Shown: piece after piece, positions 1-12,420 of the stretch
How the letters are laid out: the number at the start of each line of letters is the position of its first letter
How positions within the stretch are numbered: the first letter of the stretch is position 1
NCBI RefSeq assembly: GCF_009914755.1
Contig: NC_060930.1
Reading direction: 5' to 3' (one strand)
Length of the DNA: 64,000 nucleotides
From: the human T2T-CHM13v2.0 reference genome, Homo sapiens
Made by a program: the position numbers and the translations under genes
Notes under the pieces: model-generated
What the model saw: the letters and a program-made list of their open reading frames with translations, nothing else
The model's database searches: none
What the model was told of the DNA's origin: nothing

Positions 1-82
1 CAATAAAGTGACACTTACATTAGAGATCCTGACAATTAAGTTGTATCAGGAGTTCTCTCTCTCTCTCATCAATCATCTGTCT

Positions 83-143
83 ATCCATCCATCCATCCAT
101 CCATCCATCCATCCATCCATCTACCTACGTATCTATCCATCCT
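83..143. repeat. (TCCA)n tetranucleotide microsatellite
   Basis: About 9 perfect ATCC units at 83-120 with degenerate flanks; explains the HPSI ORF 8..289. Confidence 0.95.
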
Positions 144-289
144 TCAATTTATGTGCATTCTTAGTCCAAGAAGCTGCCTTAGATAACCAAATAATCCTCA
201 AATTTTGCAAGCATAGTCTTCCTCCTTTCCTTCCTTGTTCCTCCTTCCTCGCCTCTCTTCCTTCTTTCATTCAATTTTTCTGTCCTTGA

Positions 290-990
290 GTTCCTACTTT
301 TGGCCAGGTACTGTATACAAAGGAAATAAAAACCTTAATAATATCAAGTTTGGAGGACTTTACAGCATAGCCATGATGCAAACTGGAAAACAAGCCATTT
401 TACAAAACAATAAGATAAGCAGCTCTCATGGTTATCTTCAAGGTAAAATGAGAACAGAGGAAAAAAAGCAGGCACGAAAAAGAGATAACATTTGAGTTGA
501 AATTTGAAAGATGAGTGAGTAGGAGTTTTTATACAGACATTTCAGGCAGAGTGAATTATATATGCCAAGATATAGAGGAGGGGTGTGAGTCAACAGGGCA
601 TGTTCGAAGTATTAGAGACATTCAGTATTGCCTATGAGGCAAATTGTGTAGGAGGCATGGGGGATGGGATGTGGAGATGGTGACCTTGGATGTCATGCTA
701 AGCAGTTTGTTCTTTATCCCAAAGGCTCAGGGAGCCCTTGGAAGATTTTAAGCAGGGAATGATAAACTCAGATTAGCATTTTAGATGGATGGCAGGGCAA
801 GACTGGAGGAAAGGTACAGGAAAGTAAAGTTGGCCTTTCTCCTTATATCCTTATACATCATTATATTATCTCACTCCAGGTAAGACATGTTTGAGGGACT
901 GAATAAGGGCAGTGGTAATGAGATGGAAAGCAGGGAAAGTTAAAGAGTTGCTTAGGAAATAAAGTTAACCTAAGTCAGTGATTGGATAAG
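290..990 (-). mobile_element. L2 LINE remnant
   Basis: Antisense-L2-like text, e.g. gaccttggatgtcatgctaagcagtttgttctttatcc...ggaagattttaagcagggaatga. Confidence 0.7.
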
Positions 991-1857
991 GGGGAAAGCA
1001 AGAGAGACTGTATAGTTCTTTTTAGCCCTTACTGCATTCTGTATATTTCTCATTTGAATTGTTTTATTAAACATTGAACTTTGGCATTTCATATGCTCTC
1101 AAATAATCTATTGACCAGAATAACCTATGTGCATTAGTTGAAAAAGTTTTATTTTGAGCTCTACCATCAAATCATACATGGACTTCCACTAAATTTCCAA
1201 TAGTTTAGATTTGGAGTGAGAGATTTTCTTTCAGAGGTCTCTGGAGTACCTCATAGGTCTGTATTCCTGGTAGACTGCGCTGAGATGACTTGCTTTTTAC
1301 AAGTTTTGCCCATCAGGTGGGTGGTCTCCAGCTAGCACTCTTAAACCTTTTGAGGTAGTCTTATTTATAAGCATGTAAACTCTTTTAAAAATATCTGATT
1401 TGTCAGAGCAAACACTCCAGGAAGCCTCTGAGTTCTTGTGGTCTTTTCAGCATACCATAAAGATGTATGTTACCTCTGGCAAGATTAGAAAACATATTGG
1501 TTAATTGTCAGATATTCCGATTTGAAACAATTAGATCTATGAGATTCCTGTAATTATTAACACAAAACTTTTTGGCAGTTTTAAAATAATTTTTTTTTGA
1601 GAAAATGCTGTAGTTGGCGTGATTCCTGTTTTTAACTTGTGTTTAACATTCTCCTTTTGTTCCATCCTGAATAGTTGGAGGAGTGCATGATTGAGCCTGT
1701 CAATTTGAAATATGGTTTTTAGATTTCAGGATATGGTAGAGATATTTTTTCCTCTTTTCTTCACATGACTGCAAGAGTTAAGTAGCTATTTTGGATGATA
1801 TTTTTGTTCCCATTTTGTGAGACATTCCACTCAGAATATTCAACTCTTACTCATTCC

Positions 1858-2128
1858 AATAATAATAATAATAACAATAATAATGCTAGCTAAAGTTTAT
1901 TGAAATATAGGTATATTTTGGTGCTACATAAATTTATGTTTTATATGATTTATCTCATATAAGCTTCACAATAAGACTATGAGTTAATGTTATTATAGTC
2001 ATTTACAGATGAAGAAACTGAGGCATAGAAAGTTTGAGAAATTTCTTTAATGCTAAATAGCTAATACAAACAGAGCTGGGATTTGAAACCAGTCTGTCCG
2101 ACTCTAGGATCTTAATCACTTTACTGTA
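1858..2128 (-). mobile_element. MIR SINE with (AAT)n tail
   Basis: MIR core antisense tttacagatgaagaaactgaggc, and agagctgggatttgaaacc. Confidence 0.9.
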
Positions 2129-3214
2129 TCAGACTCTCTATATTTTTTCTTAAATGTGGGTATATATATACATAATCTTAGAAATAAACATATTCAAGAC
2201 TGGCCATCAGATAACTTCATCTTGCACTTTGTTTCTCGTGTTTCTAGCTAGGTGTGTAATTTTATAGCATCATTGATTTGCTTAAGGTAAAATTCTATTG
2301 GTTGAAAACAGTAACAAATGAATATACATGTGACAAACAGGTAGGGTTTTCCTTAGATAAATAGATTAAAGTTTTAACTTTTACAGGGTTTGGGCAGAAG
2401 AGTTCTAAAATGTGCATTCAACTTAGTGAGAACCTTTTAACAGTGACAAGTCTGATGTTTTCAACCTATAACCACAGCTCTGTTGAAAACCTCAGGCACT
2501 TTTTCACTTCAATTGGTAGTGCATAAAATTGTTTTAAAAGTAGGTGTCTTCTGACTGGGGGAATTGCAAATATCCATTTTTATTCAAAAACTTGAATTGT
2601 AGGTTATATCTTACACATATGAGAAATATGGCTTAATTCAAAAAATTTCCTGAAGTATTCAAACTCAGAAAGTAGAGAATATCACTAAAATTCAGGGACA
2701 TTAGGGATGGAAACTAGTTGGAAGGAAAATTGTGAAGTAGGCAGCTTGCTCTCTTGGTTGTCAGCTTTCCCAGTGCGCACTCTCTCCTTTTTGTCTGGGA
2801 CAGCAAGTGTCTTTGGGCCTCACATCCACTAAGATTGTCTTCCTGATTCTTTGTAGATCTGGCTTCCAAATGATTGAAAATAAGGGTATTGAAAGGGTAA
2901 GATACCCTTCCAATGATATTTTTGTTTTAAAGAAATAGAGATTTTACCTAAAAGGATGAATATATAACAAATTTTAGGCAGGAACCAGGAAATAAAGGTA
3001 GTTATTTATGCTCATGGGGCCTTCTGGTCCTTCTAAAAAGCACAGCAATATTTGTCTATATGTGGAGCTGGCCCCGTCTCTTTAGCTAATTCTTCACTAG
3101 TCAAATTAGTCAACCACATTCAAATGTCCAGTGTATACAAAGGAGATCATAGCAATGGTTCATGTCCTTTAATTTCAAACTAATGTGAGATAAAGGAACT
3201 AAAGATAATAAAAA

Positions 3215-3372
3215 TTACAATTAACACTTGTTTAATGTGTCACAGTTTGCAGAAAACACTTTTTATATGCATCATCTGATTTCATTATTTCCACTTTATA
3301 GACAATGACACTAAGCTTTAGAAAGAATCTGAGCCAGTCTCAAGTCATCTGCAAACTGAGAGCTTGAACCAT
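3215..3372 (-). mobile_element. MIR remnant
   Basis: ccactttatagacaatgacactaagct resembles a degenerate antisense MIR core. Confidence 0.55.
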
Positions 3373-3623
3373 TGTCACAGCCTCTTACGGTTCTTGGGAC
3401 ACGGTAGCTAAGTAAATATTGATTTTCTTTCTTATTTCTCACTTGCTTTCTGCCTTCTTGCCCCCATTCATTGTTCCCTTCCTTTCTTCTTTGAACCGTC
3501 AACTCATCAATTCTCCCTCCCTATGATTTATATGAAATAAAAACCATATAAATGTGTAATATCGGTAGTATCACATAAATTTTTAATAATAATTTGTCAA
3601 TAAAACTGTGTGTGAAAAAATAA

Positions 3624-3915
3624 GTGTGTGTGTGTACATATATATACATAGATATATATACATACATACATATATGTATATATGTATGTGTACATACATA
3701 TATACATATATGTATGTATGTATATATACGTATATACATATGTACATATATGTATGTATATATGTGTATATATACACATATACATAGTTATATATATGTG
3801 TATATATACACATATATACATAGTTATATATATGTGTATATATACACATATATACATAGTTATATATATGTGTATATATACTATATATGTATATACACAC
3901 ACATATATATATATA
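3624..3915. repeat. (TA/CA/TG) purine-pyrimidine tract containing a 36-bp x3 minisatellite
   Basis: catagtta recurs at 3783, 3819 and 3855; source of the Y/I/H/C-rich ORFs. Confidence 0.95.
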
Positions 3916-4624
3916 ATCCTTAGCAAATATAAGTTTGTGATGAAAATTAATGAGGGAATGTATGGTGAATGAATGAGTACATCAACCAATTAGAGCAGTG
4001 GAGAAATCTAGGCAAATTGAGAGCTTGTCAGCTCAAGAGAAGTAATAGTGTGGGCATCTGGAAGACTTTCTGGCCTCCTCCCGTCTCTTAATGCATGCCT
4101 AGTCACTGTCTAGTGAAGATCTCATTTACTTTGTCCCTTAATGAGCCATTTACTCAAAGACAGCTTTCACAAAGCCTCTAATTTAGAACTGAGTTTCTTA
4201 TATGTTTTAGTTGTGGGAAGTCATAAAAATTAGGGCAACATCTGTATAATCAGAAAATTGTCATTTTTGATCTTGCTCCTTCCCTCTGCCATATGCTTCA
4301 TTGTGTTGTGGAGTCTGGAAGGCAGAGGCTGATGCTGTACATGTGTTGGATGGTAGGATGGTCTCATAGCTCATGGCCTGGTAAAAGTGACCTTGTAGGT
4401 TGGTCCTTCAGCATCATCATGTTGTCTCCATGTGAGGCACGGGGAGGGAGGAAGTGATGATAGGGGGGACTGGAAGGCCCAACGCTGTGGCTGGGAGTTG
4501 GACAGGAGACAGGTGAGAGTGTTGTATAGAGCAGAAAGCACAAAGAGGTGTGTCAAAGTTAGGCAGGCAGGACAATCAGACGTGTCACATGAAAGCCAAG
4601 AGGACACAGCAACAGAGACAGATA

Positions 4625-4800
4625 AAAGTTAGAACACCTGGGTTCAAGGCACAGCCCCCACAGCTCGTTTCCCATATGGACTCAAGCAAGTCCTTTTGTG
4701 TGTAATAAACCTCAATTTCCTTGAAAAGAAATACAAAAGGATATCGGTATCTTTGCTTCTTATCATGAAGATGGTCTCAAAATCAGAAGAAATAATGCAA
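4625..4800 (+). mobile_element. MIR remnant
   Basis: cctgggttcaag...caagcaagtc...aacctcaatttcc. Confidence 0.55.
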
Positions 4801-4829
4801 TCCACACTTGTTTACCAAGACCACTTGAA

Positions 4830-4925
4830 ATATAAAATGGGATAGATCCCAAAGGAAAACGAGGGCGTCTTACCAGTAGAATTGGGAAAAGATACTGTGC
4901 AAGCAAAAACAAAAGGTGTTCACTA
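4830..4925 (-). mobile_element. MLT1 (J/K-type) LTR fragment
   Basis: ccaaaggaaaac...ttaccagtagaattgggaaaagatactgtgcaagcaaaaacaaaaggtgttcacta resembles an MLT1J/K terminus. Confidence 0.5.
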
Positions 4926-5558
4926 GTGGAGAGGACAGTAGGGATCTCTTTGTTAGATTTTCCTTATTAATAAAATAATAATGAAAGCAGTGGGTTAGCA
5001 AGTGTTCAAAAACTGGTTCCCCTCCTCCCTAAATACATACACTCACATACAATTATATAATTATATATTTATAATATAAAGGATATGTAGCCCCAAATTT
5101 ACAAATAATAATACAAAATATAATACTCTTTATTGGAAATCTCAAGTGGCCAAGTGATTCCCATAAAATGCTTTCATTGATTTTTGTCAAATTTTTTATC
5201 CGTAGCCAACTTATGACTGCAATTGATGAATGAATGTAGTTCCAACAGGTATGTTGGTTCACATTTATATTTATGTTAATGATTAAGATGAAAGCAAAAC
5301 AAAAAGCTTGTATGCTTGAACTTCATTTGTCTTTTAAAGATATGAGTGAGTTCTTTGCCAAATTAGCCTTCAAATAAAGATAACAGCCTTCAAATACAGG
5401 TATACCTCAGAGATATTATGGGCTCTGTTCCAGACCACTACAATAAAGTGAGTCACACAAATTTCTGGTTTCCCAGAGAACATAAAAGTTGTGTTTATAC
5501 TAGTAGCCTATTAAGGATGCATTAGCATTATGTATAATTAACAATGTCTGTACCCTAA

Positions 5559-5952
<394 letters not shown>

Positions 5953-7451
5953 TGATGCTGAAGGGCGCTGACTGATCAGGGCGATGGTTGAAGTCATTGT
6001 GGCAATTTCTTAAGATAACAATGAAGTTTGCCACATTGACTGACTTTTCCTTTCACAGAATATTTCTCTGTAGTATGCGATGCTGTTCCATAGCATTTCA
6101 CCCACAGTATAACTTCTTTCAAAATTGGAGTCTATCCTGTCATACCCTGCTACTGCTCTCCATCAACTAAGTTTATGTAATATTCTAAATCCTTTGTTGT
6201 CATTTCAATGATATTCATAGCATCTGCACCAGGAGTATATTCCATCTCAAGAAACCACTTTCTTTGCTCATCCACAAGAAGAAACTTATCTGTTCAAGTT
6301 TTTTATCATGAGATTGTAGCAATTCAGTCACATATTCAGGCCTCACTCCTAACTCTAGTTCTGTTGTTAATTCACCACATTTGCAATTACTTCCTCCTCT
6401 GAAGCCTTCAACTACTCAAAGTCATCCAGGAGGATTAAAATCAACTTCTTTCTGCGTCCTATTAATGTTGATATTTTAACTTCCTTCCATGAATCATGAA
6501 TGTTCTTAATCTAGAATGATTAATCCTTTCTAGAAGGTTTTCAATTTACTTTACCCAGATCCATTGGAGGAATCACCACCTCTGGCAGCTATAGTATAAT
6601 GAAATGTATTTTTAAATAATAAAATTTAAAAGTTAAAATGACTCCTTGATCCATTGGCTGCAGAATGGATGTTGTTTTAGCAGGCATGAAAACAATTGTC
6701 TTATACATCTGCATCAGAGCTCTTGGGTGACTATGTGCATTGTCAATGAGCAGTAATATTTTGAAAGGAATGTTTTTTCTGAGCAGTAGTTCTCAACAGT
6801 GGGCTTAAAAGATTCAGTAAGTTATGCTGTCAACAAATTGTTATCCAGGCTTCGTTGTTCCATTTACAGAACACAAGCAGAGTATAATAGATTTAGCATA
6901 ATTCTTAAAGACCTACGATTTTCAGAATGGTAAAAGAACATTAGCTTTAACTTAAAGTCACCAGTTGCACTATCCCCTAACAAGAAAGTCAGCCTTTTCT
7001 TTGAAGCTTTGAAGCCAGCCATTTTCTCTCTAGCTATGCAAGTCCTAGATAACTTCTTCTTCCAATAGAAGGCTTTGTCTGTGTTGAAAATCTATTGTTG
7101 AGTATAGCTACCTTCATCAATCATCTTACCTAGATCTTCTGGATGACTTGCTGCAGCTTCTACACTAGCACTTGCTGCTTCACCTTGTGCTTTTAAGTTA
7201 TGGAGACAGCTTCTTTCCTTCAACTTTATGAACCATCCTCTGCTAGCTTCATACTTTTCTTCTGCCACTTCCTCACTTCTCTCAGCCTTCATAGAATTAA
7301 AGAGATCTAGGACTTTGCTCTGAATTAGACTTTGGCATAAGAAACTGTTGTAGCTGGTTTAATCTTCTTTCCAGACCATTAAAACTTTCTCCGTATCATC
7401 AGTAAGGCTGTTTTGTTTTCTTATCATTCACATATTCACTAGAGTAGCAGT

Positions 7452-8476
7452 TTTTTTCCATTAAAAAATGTTATGGATACATAATAGTTGTACTTATGGG
7501 ATACATGTGATATTTTGCTACAAGCATACATTGTGTAGTAATCAAATCTGGGTAATTGGGACATCCATTATCTTAAACATTTGTGATGAGAACATCCCAA
7601 ATCTACTTTTCTAGCTATTCTAAAATATACAATACATTTATTTCTAGTTATAGTCACTCTATTGTTCATTGGAGCACTAGGTCAATTTTTTTCTAACTGT
7701 ATTTTTTAATCCATTAACCAGCCCCTCTTAAATCCCCTCTCCTTACTACCCTTCCCAATGTCTCATAACCACCATCCTATTCACTACCTCCATGAGATCA
7801 ATTTTTTTTGGCTCCCACATATGAGTGGGAACATGTGACATTTGTCTCTCTCTGCCTGGCTTATTTCATTTAACATAATGTTCTCATTCTCCATTTACAT
7901 CCATGTTGTTGAAATGACAAGATTTTATTCTTTTAATGGCAGAGTAATATTCCATTGTGTGTATATATCATTCATTCATTCATTGATGGGTACTTAGGTT
8001 GATTCCATTTCTTGACTATTATGAATAGTGCTGCAATAAACCTGGGAGTGCATATATCTCTTTGATATAATGATTTCTTTTCTTTTGGGTATATACTCAG
8101 TAGGGGGATTGCTGGATCATGTGATAGCTCTATTTTTAGTTTTTTTGAGGAACTTCCATACTGTTCTCCACAGCGGTTATACTAATTTACCTTTTCACTG
8201 GCAGCGTGTGTGCATTCCCCTTTCTCTGCATCCTCACCAACGTTTGTCATTTTTCTGTCTTTTTGATAATAGCCATTTCAACTGGGGTGAGATGATAGCT
8301 CATTGTGATTTCAATTCATATTTCCCTGATGGTTAGTAACATTGAACATTTTTTAATATACCTGTTGGCCATTCATAAGTCTTCTTTTGAGAAATTCTAT
8401 TCAGATCTTTTGCCCATTTTTAATGAGATTATTTAATTTTTTTGCGATTGAGTTGTTTAAGTCCCTTATACATTCA
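7452..8476 (-). mobile_element. 5'-truncated L1MA-type 3' end inserted in Tigger1
   Basis: Antisense L1MA 3'UTR tacataatagttgtac...gggatacatgtgatattttg plus ORF2 tail; Tigger1 resumes at about 8477. Confidence 0.9.
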
Positions 8477-9202
8477 CACTGTTAATACCCTTCAAGAAAT
8501 TTGTATTTGCAGTCACAATTTGGCTAACAGTTTGGCACAAGAAGTCTAGCTTTCAGTCTGTCTCAGTTTTTGATATGCATTTCTCACTGAGCTCAATGAT
8601 TTCCAGCTTTTAATATAAATTGAGAGATGCACAACTCTTCCTTTCACTCAAACGCTTAGAGGCCATTATAGGGTTATCAACTGGCATAATTTCAGTATTG
8701 TCGTGTCTAAGGGAGTAAGGAGGCACAAGGAGAAGGAGAAGGGGAATGGCCCATTGGTGGGCCAGTCAGAACACACACAACATTTATCAATTAAGTTCAC
8801 CATCTAATATGGGTGTGGTTCATGGTGCCCCCAAACAATTACAACAGCAACATCAAAGATCACTGATCACAGATCATTATAACAAAGATCACTGATTACA
8901 GATTACCATTGTTATTGTTTAATAACAATTAAAATTTTGAAATAGTGCAAGAATTACCAAAATGTGATACAGAGACACAAAATGAGTACATTTTGGAGAA
9001 ATGGTGCTCATAGATGCTTGATGCAGTGTTGCTACAAACCTTTAATTTGTAAAAAATCCAATATCTATGAAGCACAATAAAGTGTAGTACAATAAAATTA
9101 ATCATGCTTGTACTGGAAAAATGTATTCTTATAATGTGATGGCTACAGAATGACATACTTTAAAGTTTAATCTGCTTTAGTAACATTTTCTGTATCACTT
9201 TG

Positions 9203-9533
9203 TGCTGTAGACTGAATTGTTCCCCCTGAATATTTATATGTTGAAGCCCTAACCCCTGATGTAAATGCATTTGGAGATAGGGGCTATACAGAGGTAACTG
9301 AGATTAAGTTATGAGTGGGGCTGTATTACAAGACACATGAGAGCTTGCTCTCTCTCTCTCTGTGTCTCTCTCTCTCTATCATACAAGACTACCGTGAGGA
9401 CGTGCCATCTGCAAGCCAGGAAGAGAGCCCTTACCAGAAACCAAACCCTCCTGGACTTTGATCTTGGGTTTTCTAGCCTCTGGAAATGTGAGAAAATAAA
9501 TTTCTGTTTTTTAAGCCACCCAGTCTATGGTCC
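9203..9533 (+). mobile_element. MaLR solo LTR (MLT1A/MSTC-like), 3' end eroded
   Basis: tgctgtagactgaattgttccccc...aataaatttctgttttttaagccacccagtctatgg. Confidence 0.85.
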
Positions 9534-9591
9534 TTTCTTTATCATTACTTTATGTAAGTAGATTAATTAATACACATTCTTAAGTCTAGTT

Positions 9592-9884
9592 CAGGTTTTG
9601 GCAAATTATGATCCTCAGGACAAACCTGGCTCACCAAGGGTGAAATTCTGCCATACTAATTTATTTACATATATATGATATGTACATATATATGATATTT
9701 GATATATATATTTGATATATGGGATATATTTGATATATATTACATATATGTGATATTTACATATATATCTGATAACTTTTGTGAAACAATGGCAGAATTG
9801 ACGAGTTGTGACAGATATTACATGGCCTTAAACACCTAAAGTATTTGCTATGTGGCCTTTTACAGAAAACATTTGCCAACCCTG
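9592..9884 (+). mobile_element. MER58A (hAT-Charlie) with an internal TA-rich expansion at about 9660-9770
   Basis: Terminal inverted repeats caggttttggcaaat and atttgccaaccctg; internal cctaaagtatttgctatgtggccttttacagaaaa. Confidence 0.85.
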
Positions 9885-10764
9885 GTGTAGGCAATCAAGA
9901 CTTGTAAGTAGCATTTGCTGATTTCCTTGGTGTAAATATTCACTCTATGGCAGATTTCAAGCTGTCCATGTAATATCACTGAACAGAGTTGGGATGAGAT
10001 GTGCAGTAGTAGTGTTTCCACCATAGTTAAAATAGATATAAATAACTTCAAAAGCACGTAATACTAATGTGTTCTAAAATAATTGGAAATTGATAACTTT
10101 AAGTATTTACCTTTGTTTTTAACATTATTAACTTGCAAGTTTGTATAATTTTTAATAATAGCTGTGTTTAACAAGTGGTTTGCAAAATTCCTACATAACT
10201 AACAATTGACTCTCATGAGCCAATGTGAGCCAGTTTCAGCTCATCACAGCTCCCTTTAAATTCCAGGTAGTATTTAAGTTTTCTTTTAGAGCTACATTGC
10301 AGTAGCCTTAAATCTTTATGTTTAGCATAGTCCATAACGTGGATTTTCTAAAACAGAAGAAAAAATATTAATTTAGAAATTTACTTTTGAGTGTTTTTTT
10401 AAAGGCACAAATTAGTTTCATATCTTTCTTCTAATTGTTTTCCAAACTTTCCTGATCATAAGTATCACTTGGAGTGCTTGTTAAAAAGATAAAGATGCCT
10501 GCCTGTGGAAAAGAAGGGATACAGGAAAAAAAAAAAATTTCTCTCACCAGGTTACCGAAGATAAAAATAATGGCAAAACTTTAAATCAATAAATGTATGG
10601 GAAAAACTTTGAGACTATGTACTGTTAGTGGTAAATTGGAAAAACTCTTCGAAGGAGTGCTTCAAAATGTGAAATATTCATGGATTTGATTCAACAATTT
10701 CATCTCATTAATTTTTTTTTTACTCTAAAGAGATAATGACACAAACTTGAACTCGATGAAGTGA

Positions 10765-11039
<275 letters not shown>

Positions 11040-11949
11040 GAAGTGATGTTTTAATGGAAAAAAATTGGAGCAAACTTTAATGCCAGTTCATAAGGCACAT
11101 GTATACCAAAGAGCCATTCTGACAGGCAACTTACATTATAACATATACCTTTATTATAATGAAATAGAGTTTGCCTGTGGTTATTAACATTTCCAGGTAA
11201 AATCCAGGGCTGGCTGCTGAACTTTTACACTGGGAAGTTTAAAGGAGCAAACTAGTTGAAAGTGAATGGTGAGGACTTCAAAGAACAATATATTTTAACC
11301 TTGATTGTTGCTTATTTAGGGTGGTTTTTGGAAGGAAATGCTTGTAGAGATCATTGGTGTTATTGATCAATTCCAAATTATCCAATACTTTCTAGGATCC
11401 AATTTTGCTAATATAAGTTTTACCATACTTTGCCTTATTTGCAGGCCTAGACCCCTCAAAAGCCTCCAAAGTCAGTTAATCATACTACACTGGCCTCTTT
11501 TAAGCTAGGAATTTTATCCTTATAAATGTTTTAAATTCTAAACTGAATATGTACTATGTGTTCTCCCAAGATTGATCATATCTTTTTTAGCCCCCTTTTG
11601 TCCTGGCCTGACACTGAAGAGACAGTGATCTCTAAGTCCCTTGAGCAGACTTTTTCTATACTTATAGTGGACCCTTTTTCTCCACCAAATCATCTTATTA
11701 AGGAGAAGATTCGACCACTGATGTATTATCTACCTCATATTTTGTCTTTAAAGACTGAGTCCAAGTAGGTTAGAGGCCTGCTTCTTAGATTGGTAGTTTG
11801 GTGCCCTCGGTGCACATGGGATAAACATGCAAAGCTTTATTCTATGAAAAATGATAGTCGAATTGGTTTATATTACAACCAATAATCATTCATTACAGAG
11901 TGTATTACATATTTCTTTTGGGTTTTATGGTAAACCAGGAGAATTCAAA

Positions 11950-12420
11950 GATATTTTGAAATTGTTGCTAATAGAACTTAGGGATCTTTCACAATTCCTA
12001 ATCAACCCATCCCAACTGAGACTATAGTAGGTTCATGTTTTCACTCTTCTGTGCCATTAGGGAGTTCATGGAAGCTTTAGAAACGTATTGGGTTGGAGGC
12101 CTGTTTTCTGCTTTCTAGAGTGTTACACTATCCAGCTTGCTGTTGGATTCCTTTCCCTTATACTTGGCCAGCCCGCCCATGTTGATGTATAGGCACACAT
12201 GGACTTACTCCCTGATACCTTCTCATAGCCACAGAGCTTCCTTAAGATTCACCTGTCAGATCTGTTCATGGTAGTGCTGATCCCCCATGTGAAGTGTGTT
12301 TTCATGCTTGCTTAGGGGCTTTGCTGAGTTTTCAAGGCAGACATTGTCTGCATGGCTGGTGTCCTCCAGCTTTGATTAAAGTAATTCATATAATTCAAAT
12401 GAACTAATGTGAACATAGGT
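11950..12420 (-). mobile_element. Possible ancient RTE-X (L4-like) LINE ORF remnant
   Basis: Minus strand gives frame-broken TQQS...GIS, WAG/RAGQV (about 12161-12180) and RPPTQY (12085-12102), in the order of the RTE C-terminal motifs. Confidence 0.3.

Noticed and set aside
3521-3989. Overlapping 72-130 aa ORFs on both strands
   Set aside because: Translations of the TA/CA/TG low-complexity tract
7092-7292. 66-aa transposase-like ORF as a domesticated TIGD gene
   Set aside because: A fragment of a Tigger1 copy disrupted by stops and an L1 insertion
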